A DNA stretch of 64,000 nucleotides, from assembly GCF_964355755.1 (NCBI RefSeq), contig NC_092674.1:3162001-3226000 (forward strand). The letters are read 5' to 3'. Of this stretch, positions 24,801 to 36,800 are shown piece after piece. The translations under genes were made by a program, and so were the position numbers. The first letter of the stretch is position 1. Each line of letters starts with the position of its first letter. The stretch is from Antedon mediterranea (lineage: Eukaryota > Animalia > Echinodermata). Under the pieces are notes generated by a model. The model was given only the letters and a program-made list of their open reading frames with translations. It made no database searches and was not told the origin of the DNA.

Positions 24801-27800
24801 CGAAACGTCAAGAAACTCAACAGTTCTTTTCAGAACTAATATTTACGTGGTGTACCGCCAACTTTATATCAACATTTGATTTCGCCATGCAAACCTTTAA
24901 ACAATATAATTATTACATTGTAAAACCTAGGCCTACCCCATTAGCAGCAATACATCCATCGTTAGGAGGACAACTACAGTCATCCCCTGTGTACCCAGGC
25001 TCACATACACATTCATTGCATTCACATCTACCATAATCTATGTAACAAATGTAAAATATTTATTTTTATTTAACGCCGTTCCGCCTCATAATCTTCTGAC
25101 TTTTCCGCCTCGGTCGCTCTGCTTATTTCTGCTGTGAAGTTTCTCCAGATTGTTCTGTCGGTTCTAGGACACCTACCCCCTAGACAGTTACCCCCCGGAT
25201 GTTTACCACCCGGACAACTACCCCCTTAGGACAACTACCCTCTTAGGACAACTACCCTCTTAGGACAACTACCCTCTTAGGACAACTACCCCCTTAAGAC
25301 AACTACCCCCTTAGGATAACAACCCCCTTAGGACAACCACCCCCTTAGGACAACCACCCCCTTAGGACAACTACCCCCTTAGGATAACTACCCCCCCGGG
25401 TAACTACTACCCCCGGTCAACTAACCCCCGGTCAACTATCCCTCGGTCAACTATCTCCCCCCCCCCAATCCAAATCCAAAAGTAGACAAATATATATGAC
25501 CGGTTTCTGTAAAAATGAAATCATCTGTTTTTTACGGGTGTTTCGAAACTAGAGACCCGAGACCAGAGACCTGACACGAGACCCAATACGAAAAGGGTCT
25601 CCCTTTTCGTATATTAGGGTCTCCCTTTTCGTATAGTGTGGTCTCTCTTTTCGTATAGTGGGGTCTCCCTTTTCTTAACTTATAGTGGGTCTCCCTTTTC
25701 GTATATTTGGGTCTCCCATTTTGTATATTTGGGTCTCCCTTTTCGTATATTTGGGTCTCCCTTTTCGTATAATTAGGTCTCCCCTTTCGTATATTAGGGT
25801 CTCCATTTTTGTATAGTGGGGTCTCCCTTTTCGTATAGTGGGTTCTCCCTTTTCGTACGTGAGTCTCCCTTTTCGTATATTTAGGTCTCCCTTTTTGTAT
25901 TGGGTCTCGGGTTTCTGGTCTCTGGTCTCGGGTCTCTAGTTTTGAAACACCCGTTTTTAACCGATTATTCTGTTTAACAGCACGCTAGACCCTAGATGTG
26001 CTAGATTTAAAGCACCGTATTTATTGAAAAAACGGCCTGGGCTGTTTATTGTTTAGGTGGTTTTTAGGTGGACATTTATTGGAAGAAAGTTGTTTATTCA
26101 ATGGGAGGGGGTATAATCTAATGGAAATAGACGCCGATTATTCCATATGATGTTTCATGGGAGTGACATGGTCACCGTTTATTTGAGGGGAATTTATTTA
26201 AAGATCGCCGTTTATTCGGTGAGCTAACATTGAGGTCAAATATCAAAAGTGATATTATTCTTCAAGTGTACAAAAATACATATATGACAAATTTTAGACA
26301 AAAATTAATTCTTTTAAGACCAGTGGTTATCGAAGCATTGTCCTGACCCAAAAATTATTATTATTATTAGCGAACCCAGTCTTTACAGTAAATACAGGGA
26401 GTATAATACGTTCGTCTATCCTATGATCATGTGTGACAATCTTCAGTTTATACCAGGCTATATTTATGTTCAATCTTTTACTTTTGTTTACAATAATGAA
26501 TAGTAATTCGTCAAAGTAACGAATTAAAATATAGTTAAATATATAGGTATATTAGTTATTCTTATTATACACTGTTGCAGAGTCAGGTTGTTGAATGGTC
26601 TGGGTGGTAGTTGTCCGGGTGGTAGTTGTCCAGGGGTTAGTTGTCCTACGGAGGTAGTTGTCCTAAAAGATTATTTGCCCTCGGAGTATTGTCCAGGTCC
26701 AGGAGGTAGTTGTCCTACGGGGAGTATTGTGTCAGAGGTAGTTGTCCGCGGGGTAATTACCCGGAGGAGGGGGTAATTGTCCGGGGGTAATTGTTCCTAG
26801 GGGGTAATTGTCCGGGGGTAGTTGTCCAGGGGGTAGTTGTCCAGGGGGGTTGTTGTCCTAAGGGGGTTGTTGTCCTAAGGGGGTATTTGTCCGGGGGTAG
26901 TTGTCCTAAGGGGGTAGTGGTCCAGGTGGTGGTTGTCCATGGGATAGTTTTCCGGGGGGTAAATGTCCAGGGGGTGAATATCCAGATACATGTTCTGTCA
27001 GATGTTCTTTATTTTCTGTAGGTCCGTTGCAGTTTTGAATTTGCGTTGGTAGTATGGTAGTTGGATCTGATTATATTAGTGCTTTCAAGTCCCATTTCAA
27101 TGTTATTAGAATAGTGCACACTGTGGTCTCCTTTTGAAATGGGTTTGATAGTTAGTCTGGAAACCATATTGAGTAAAAAATTGGCGCATAGCTGCATGGA
27201 GCATTGTGAAAACGATGCCATTTTATTTGCCAGAGCAGAGTGAAAGACGTTTAAACCCGGTATAAATTGGCATGATTAATTTTTTTTTTTTGAGAAATAA
27301 AAATGGTATTTATTTACCTCCACACATGCTGCCTTCATATATTGGGCAGGTTGTACTGCTACATTGACAAAACTCACCAGTAAGCTAGAAAATTAAATGT
27401 ACTGCATGGTAACTATAAACAGTTAAATTAACAACTTATCATATAGTCTGACCATTTTATGCACAACACAAGTATTATATACCATTAATACCATTGGCAA
27501 ACCTACTACATTTTTACCCTAGCCCTAATGCTGGCTTCCCATTAGATACACAACACAAGGACATAATGCAACGATTTGCTTCTACGCCCTTGCGCCTCTA
27601 GTGCGAACCAAACTTAAAGCTCTGTCTACACTATAAAACTAGTTTGACAAAAAAGTGTGATGTGCCCAAATATGATAGTGATGTGACATCATCATGTCCA
27701 TATATGGGCACATCACCTTTTTTTGTCGCATAAAGTTTGATAGTGTAGAGTCCAATTTGAGGAGTTTGAAATGTGGCTCACATATAAGTAGGTATCCCAA

Positions 27801-30800
27801 TGAAAGCGCACAGAGGGGTATCACTTTTGAAATATTGACGAAATTCGAAAAAGTAGTATGACTTTGATGTTAAATAAATCGTATTCAATCTTAATTAATA
27901 CTTACAAAATTTATATTGTTTGAAAGTACTTGTTTTAATCTTTGTATAAGTGTGTTTATAATTAAAATTAATGAATTAGTTGCCGAGAAAATGCGATTTT
28001 AAAACGGTTCTAAAATCCCGTCGAGCCGATTTCCGCGCGTTGAAAACCTCATCGGAAAATACCCATCAGTTTTCAAAACACGATCGCACGATTACCATTG
28101 GAGCTAGCGGATTAATTTTTGTTGTATGTTATCAGGCTTTAAATAAGCTTTAATTTGATACGAAAATCGTCTTCTATAAATAGGTTTTTCGTAACGAAAA
28201 GTCAATTTTTGTGACAAAAATCCAATTTTGATTCACCGTTTATGGAAAAATATTATGGATTTTGGTATTAAATTATAGCTAAATCTACATTGAAATCGAT
28301 AAAACATAGTTTACAAACGTATTGTGCATGGTAATTGAGCGAACTACATTTTAAAATGGTGCATGAGGCGTAAATCCCGTTCAAAATTTTAAAGATCCAA
28401 CCATTATAATCCGGTGAATATTGTAGTGAGTAAAATATTGTACTCTAAAATACGCGCGTGTTTGTTGTGGCGTTTTCCGTTAAGTACATTAATGCACCCT
28501 ATCAGCGAATGGTACGTTCCATATTTTGAACACGTTGTTTAGTTTTCCTCGCTCGAGTTCGACCGGCTCGACGCGAGATGTGTGACAGCAGCGATGTCGG
28601 AGATTGACATGTCCTTTTCCGTCGTAGAATATCTGGTTTTACACATTAATTTAACAACTTAAAATTGATGTAATGTGCGGAAGATTTATTATGCAAGTAT
28701 ACAATGCAAATGCGTTAGGTTAAAATGTACCGAGGAAATTTATTAAGCTAATTTACCAACGTTACATTTGACTCTGTATACGGCGGCCGAAAGTCATTAA
28801 CTGCGACCGAAATACTTTAACGGAGCGACTACTGATCGCGAGTAAGCCGTGACTTGGCCTAAACTTTAGCTCCGTATTTCAATTTAATAACGTAATAATA
28901 CGAAAAGAAAACAATTTTTATAATGTTATATATACTATTCAGGTAAACAATTAATTGTTTTAATTAACATTGATTATTTTAAATGAGTTTATTTTGACCC
29001 ATATTGTGCGTTTGCCTTAAAAGAGCATATCTTACTTAGCTTAGATTTGGTGTCATAATCATATGGGCCTAAAATCTTGTTTTACGTATTCAAAAGTTAT
29101 ATATAATAGTATTTATGATTGAAATTATAAATATAAAGTATATTAAAATATTCTAATAATTATACTTACCGAAAATTAGTGTAAAAGAAAGGAAACAGTA
29201 CACACCGTTTTTAACATACTTTTTCATTTTTTCTTTTTATAATTTTAAATTTCACCATTAAAAAAAATTTTTTTTTTCATATACACATCTAAAATATATT
29301 TATTAATGAAATATACACTACATTCTAACAAGTACAAAAAAAATTAAATGAATTAGTACAGTAGTTCAAAAGTTACAGATCATTGAAAAATTGCAGTTTT
29401 TTCATTTTTTAGGGAATTCCAGCAAAAATGGGCGTTAAATGCTTTCCTACCACTTTGCGGACCAATAATTTAAAAAATAGGTTTCGTTGAGGCTCCAAAA
29501 AAAATAGAGTTGTACAACTCTGTGATATCTATAGGTTTAACAAAATTCAAAACTTTTAACTAATTATTGTAAAAGTTATAACCTTTTAAAAATGCTTCCA
29601 ATTTCAACTGCAAAAAACACCATTTTTAGGCAAAAAATCGTATATTTTTTTACCACTTTAAATAACCATAACTTTAGAACGGGTAATCGGATTTCAATCA
29701 TTTAAATCGCAAAATGCTAATTACATTAAGTTCTTTATGGTTAACTGAAAGAAAATGTAAAAAAATTAATCTGAATTTTTTCATTGGGATACCTAATATA
29801 AGCTAGAAGAAAAGAATTACAGAAAAAATGTTGAACTTACACCTTCATTGCAAAGGCATTTACCACAAATGCAGGTACCTTTACTTGAACAGGCAATGCT
29901 TTCTCCGTCCCTTTACGAAAAAATAAAAGTGTTAATTAAATTATTACAAAGTATTAGTACTATATAATAATTACTTTAGCAAAATTTAAATCCAGACTTT
30001 CAATTAAAAAAAAAATGGTATAAGATCAATCAAAGGTGGTACACATGTTACTCTGTATCACAGGATTTGTCTAAGATACTGGACACATATAGATACAGTA
30101 CTCCTGGACTAATAATGAAGTGCAGTATTTGTTTATGTAGAGTATGTATCAATGGTGGAAACACAGGCTAGTGACTGTATTCACCAATTACACTTAAGTA
30201 AAATTTCTCCATTAAATGTTAAGTATTTCACTTAACTCAGTAAATATCTTAAGTATTTCCCTTAAATTGTATTCATTTAAGTGGGAGATTTTTTTAATTT
30301 TAAGTGTAATTATTTTCCTTAGCCTAAAGCTCTGTCTACAACAAACCAAAAAGTGTGATGTGCCTAAATATAGTAGTGTACTTCAATATGGTAGTAATAT
30401 GACATCACCATGTCCATATATATGGGCACATCACATGAAGTTTGATAGTGTAGACAGAGCTTAAGTGTGATTGGTGAATACAGCCACTGGCCCCAAGCTG
30501 GATATGCGTATGACAAACATTGTAAATACTTACGCAATACACTCATCATTGAGGACAGAGCTGCCTTCATCTAAGCTGCATTCACAGTCTTGTCCATATC
30601 TACCAGCGTTGCATTTACACACCCCACACACATTTGTTCCGTTACCATAAGTGCACTGTGATGCGCTAAGGGACTGTTATAAAATTTAAAAACGAATTTA
30701 TAATGATTGCTTTGTTTTGTTTATTAACCAGGAACAAATGTAAAAGGATGTTCATCTTTGAAGTACAGACAATTGAAATATAAAAACACAAATTATGCAA

Positions 30801-33800
30801 ATTATGCAAATAACCTCACCCTGGTTATTTAACTGACCAATCACAGCACACAAGTTTTAATTTAACATATGAACAAATTGTTGCTCTTCATGAAAACAAT
30901 AGAATATCTCAAGAGATAATGATTGCAACTTGTAAAGGTCTGTCTACACTATCAAACTTTATGTGACAAAAAAATTTGATATGCCCATATATGGAGACGA
31001 TGATGTATATCACTACCATATTTGAGTATATCACCACCATATTTGGGAACACCACACTTTTTTTTGTCGTCAAACTAGTTCGATAGTGTAGTTTAGACAG
31101 AGCTTTAAAAATTGTAAAATATGTACTGCAGTGTGAAAGGGATGTAACTTACAGGAGTACAGTTGCAATCACAAAGTGTTTCCACACGAACTAACACTTC
31201 CTCATTAAATCCATCTGGTTTTACAGTAAATCTGAAACAAAAAACAAAACATTAATGTTTGTATTATACAGTATGTATTTCCTGTTCAATCAATCAGAAA
31301 CTAACCAATACAAATCACAACAATAAATCAATGCACATTTTTATCACAGAGTAGTTTTGACAGTGATTCCAATTGTTTTACTTACTCAATAGCAATTAGC
31401 ATAATAGGAAATCAGTCATATTTAAATAAGTACAACTGTTGAATAAGTACCATTAATGAATAAATGAACCTGTTAAATAATAAGTATTGCTGTTGATTAT
31501 GTGTAACTGTTTGATAAATGCAACTTTGAATAAGTACTGCTGTTGAATAAGTGCAACTGTTAAATAAGCACATTATTAACTATTCCTCATAATGGGTAAA
31601 CTAGAGGATGGTGTTATAATACAATAGGGCTTAAGATTTAGCACTTTGTAATTTTAAATGGTTTGTTATGTATTCATTTCAAGGATAAGTGTGACAAAAA
31701 TGGTCTAAAAACCTGGGATTGAGTAAGCATACCAGTAAACCTTCATGTCTATCATTACCTTTGTTCTCCAGAAAAACAATTTTGGTTAGTAACGCTAACT
31801 TCCAGTTCAAAGGTCACAGATTCTTGACTTGCAACACTCAGACATTGTCTTGAATTGGTCGTAACTGTGTTACCACAGTAAGAGGTATATTTAACTTTAA
31901 GTGGTGACGCTGCCGTATCATCCATTCTCACTTCTGATGTGATTTGCTGAGAATATGAAACAAAATTTGCATAATGAAATTTGCATAATGACAGTGGATG
32001 AAAATAAGTAAAGAAATGCAAATAAGCACATAGTGAGAACCAATCAACTTCAAGATTGATCATGGAAGAGAAAGTTGAAGTTGAAGGAAAGAGGAAGTTG
32101 AACGAAAGAGGAAGTTGAAAGAAAGAGGAAGTTAAAGGAAAGAGGAAGTTACAGGAAAGAGAGGAAGTTGCAGGAAAAAGGAAGTTGAAAGAAAGAGGAA
32201 GTTGAAAAAAGAAAGGAAGTTACAGGAAAGAGAGGATGTTGCAGGAAAAAGGAAGTTGAAAGAAAAGATGAAGTTGACCGAAAGAGGAAGTTGAAAGAAA
32301 GAGGAAGTTGCAGGAAAAATGAAGTTGAAAAAAAGAGAATGTTGAAGGAATTGCAGGAAAAGAGGAAGTTGAAGGCAAAGAGAGGAAATTGAACGAAAGA
32401 GGAAGTTGAAAGAAAGAGGACGTTACAGGAAAGAGAGGATGTTGCAGGAAAGGGGCAGTTGAAAGAAAGAGGAAATTGCAGGAAAGAGAGGAAGTTGAAA
32501 GAAAGAGAGGAAGTTGAAGGCAAAGAGAGGAAGTTGAAGGCAAAAAGAGGAAGTTGAAGGAAAGAGAGGAAGTTGAAGGAAAGAAGAAGTTGCAGTATAA
32601 TAAAAAAAGGAAGTAGAAGATAAAGAGGAAGTTCTCTAGTATGATGAAATGGTTAGAGTGTAATTGGGAGTTACTTACTTCATAACTACTCCTTACAAGC
32701 TGAACGATGTTTGAGGAATCTGTAGCTAGTTCAGCTACTTTACCACTTTCAAAGAACTCTTTCACAAGACTCTGCAAAAATGAGAACATTTAAATGCATT
32801 GTAATTACAGTAGAACTCATTATCAAACTGACAACAAAATGCGATGTGCCAAGATATGGACATGATGATGTCCTATCACTACCATATTTAAGCATATCAC
32901 TACCATATTTGGGCACATCACACTTTTTTTGTCAAACTAGTTTGTTAGTGTAGACAGAGCATTAAAGAGACACCCTTGTGCCCAACGAAGTGTCCCTTAA
33001 TAGTGGTGTCTTAATATGGATTAATTGGCCATAGTAAAAAGTAAAATTATAAATTCTTGTGAATTAAATTGTAATTATATTTTGAAATTCCTTTCTGCTA
33101 AATTAGTCTTTACAATCAATTAGGTGATTTTGAAGAAGAAGAATGTACAATTTATTACCTTGTAAAATGGTATGTCGTCGTAGAATTGTCCTCTAGATAT
33201 TGCAAATATTGGAATTATGTTTTGTTTCTTCATTTTGCTGCTGATTTGTCCTATTGATGGATAGTCCTGCAAAATTAATATTGAATTATTAATATTGAAT
33301 TAATTACTCATAGTGATTTTCTAAAATTTAGTGCTTCACTGAAAACCTTAAGAAGAGTTAACTTATTTAAAACGTGTGTTTATTAATCAATAGTGGTTCA
33401 ATTTATACTTTAAACATTTTGTTTTCATGGCAGTACTCCACAAAACTGAACATTGACTTCGATTTAATTTGCTGGTGCTGGACCGGAACCATACCAGCAC
33501 AGGTGTGAAAGACCCTTTTAGTTATGTGGTGGCGCTGTATTGGCCTGTGACAGGATTTGAACCAAAAACCAATGAAGCATAACAACCAATAAAACCACTG
33601 TGCCACTACTTAATGTCCAAACGCTATACACCATGAAATACACATTATCATGTCTGCTATCTGCATTCAAAATTCCATGAATTCCATTGGCATTTCTAAA
33701 TTGTAGGCCTATAATTGTGACTGAGATTTTACTAGTATTGTTTCTTTAGTGTAGTAACCATTACGATCCAAGTGGCATTCTCCGTCATTTGGTGTAGATG

Positions 33801-36800
33801 CTTTTCCAATCTAAAAACAAATTAATAAACATATAATTTTACAAAATGTCAATTAGTAGACTAAAGAGATTACAGAAAAATACAATGTATCAAAAAAAGT
33901 TAATATTTAAATTGATATCATTTAGTTAGTAGATATAATATATAATAGTGTTTATTATTTTACTTTATCTGTCGAAAGTGGAGCATGCCGCACACCAAAC
34001 TCTACCCCTGGAAAAACACACCCCTTATTATCACCTGTCGTTGTAATGAATGATAAATAGAAATAGGAAAATGGTAATACATGGATCATGTTAAAAATTA
34101 TTTTACTGTAGTAACCACTTTTTTTACTGCCATATCATGATTTTAATTAGTTTCAATGCAACCTAAATTTGCAGTAATTGTATAAACAGTTTTATTATGT
34201 ATATCACTTTCCTATTATGTGTGTATTTTCACTTTTCTATTTATCATTTATATGATTGTAGTTAGTTTCAATGCATATAACCTAAAATAGATTGTATAAA
34301 CATGTTTAAGAATAAACAAATGTAGTTCCTGCAGTACAGTAACTGCAGTAGAATAAATTTGACATGGTTCCTTAGTAAAATGTTTTACCATAATACTAAT
34401 AGTGTATTTATTCTCTTGACTTTGTGTTCCTGATGGACTCCTCCCATGACATCATGACCAAAGGTGCTTCAAATGAGTCACCCTCAAATGGTTTTGAGTA
34501 ATGCTTTCACTTGTACAGGACATAAATTAAGTTTGTACTTAAACATCCCACCCACCATTTGTATAATACAGTAGGTATAGCTTTTATGGACATATTTTAA
34601 CCTGTATAGTTTTCTAGGCATTTTGAGATTTTAAATAGATTTTTTAATAACTTTTTTAAAGATGTATTGTCCCCCTGAAAAAAATAATTCTTAAAACTGT
34701 TATGCTATTTTAATTTCACCTATAGTATAGTGTATAGTGTATTAGTACATCACAGCCACTGATCACCAACTGGGCCCTCTGGGAGATCAGTCTTTGACTG
34801 AAGAGGTCAACCAGTATGAAGATAAAACAAACAAATACAAACAAACAAATAGTTATCCACTTTGACCAAAAATTGGATTGAAGAAAGAAATTATTAACCT
34901 TTAAAAAAAACTGTAATTTAAAGTAAAATAATAGTCAAATTGACCGGAAGTCAATTGGTTTTTGGTTAAATTTAACTACTTATTTAAGTTAAATCATTGT
35001 TTTATATTGTTTCGTAATAACTTCATTAAAACTGCAAAATTGGCGATTAAATTTTTTTTTTCCTGAACAATTTCATGAATGGATACTAGCTGTAGAAGAG
35101 CATTGTTTCTGATAGGTGTGATAAAGAAAGTGAGCTTTGAAACTAAATTATTTATCACTTACCTTTCCATCGAGAGCGATGTGAAAGTCAGCGTCGCTCA
35201 TATAAATAATGAAATGACGGGCTTCCTCACGCCAACCAATTTCTTTCTACGTAATAAAATTGTAAAAGTCATAAAGAAACATGCAACACATACAAAATAT
35301 TATATACATATTTGGCATGATCTAAAGTAGTTTAAACTCTGTGACACAGATAATCAGTTATATCCAATATGGATTAAAACTAAAACTGTTTTTGTACTAG
35401 AATATGACAAGAACTAATATCTAAATATGATATACTGTATATGAAGGACTAATTAATAATTGCATAAACAGCACAGAACTCGTAAGTTATGTTTATGCTG
35501 TCAAAAGTTATGTCGCGATCCTGTGATGTCCATGACGCAAACATATTTGGCACAGTCACATTAAAATATTTTTTTTACATTTTTTTATATACCTACTTAA
35601 ATTTAATATATAAGCAATAATTCAACCAAAAAATGAAATGTTTTCATAGATTTGTTTACTAGATATAGCAATTCAAACTTTCTAAAGTGTAATGTCTGTG
35701 ACTAAAAAATACTGTGGAATGCCCCTTATATTAAATCCATACGTGGGTCCTACAATTACAATACAAAAGATAGGAGATTAGTTAAGTACAGCACATTTTA
35801 GGCCGTGTTCAAAGGGAGAAGCAGAATAGTAGTAATATTGTATGGAGAGTGCAGAATCTGTTTGGGCTTTAGCCTATTTTCAATCCTGGTTATTTTTCAT
35901 TGATGACAGAATAAATATTATAATTTTTATAGTACCTTGCATACAGTAGCTTGCATGAGACCATCTAGGCCTCCCTCAGGTCTGTCTGAACTCAGTGATT
36001 TGGTTACATCTGTGAGTAATGCCTGAAAAAAAACATTTAATGAATAAAATAAATCTAGGTTGATTAGCTTAGTGATGGAAGAACATGGTGCAATGTTTAA
36101 GATAAATAATGTTTAAGATAAATAATGTTTAAGATAAATAATGTTTAAGATAAATAATGTTTAAGATAAATAATGTTTAAGATAAATAATTTTTAAGATA
36201 AATAATTTTTAAGATAAATAATGTTTAAGATAAATAATGTTTAAGATAAATAATGTTTAAGATAAATAATGTTTAAGATAAATAATGTTTAAGATAAATA
36301 ATGTTTAAGATAAAAAATGTTTACGATAAATAATGTTTAAGAATGTCACTATAGTAGAACCCATCCATTGAGACATCCCTATTAAGAGGATACTTTCCTG
36401 TGAAATGAACAAGAGGCAATATATACAGTATGTTTAATGGTTGGATCCTGTATGTGTCCTCTTAATAATAAATATTCCCTACTGTAATTGCCAAAATTGA
36501 TTTATTTTTTTACTCAATCTGTTATTTTTTATCGAAGACAACAATTGCCTCAGATTTTATAGTGTATGTTATAACCCTGTTTTAAACACTATCAAACTTT
36601 ATGTTACAAAAAAAATGTGATGTGCCCATATATGGACATGATGATGTCATATCACTACTATATTTGGGTATATCACTACCATAGCTTGGCACATCACATT
36701 TTTATGTCAAACTAGTTTGATAGTGTAGGCAGAGCTTTACACTCCTATTCAGAAGACGCCTCTATTAAGGGACCACTTCTAACGAAATGAAGTTGAGCAA

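Noticed and set aside
26588-27021. Gly/Cys/Val-rich ORFs
   Set aside because: Derived from the minisatellite arm of the Mutator-like element
32149-32789. 124-aa and 189-aa F/S/L-rich ORFs
   Set aside because: Read-through of integrin exon 32771-32679 into a purine-rich minisatellite
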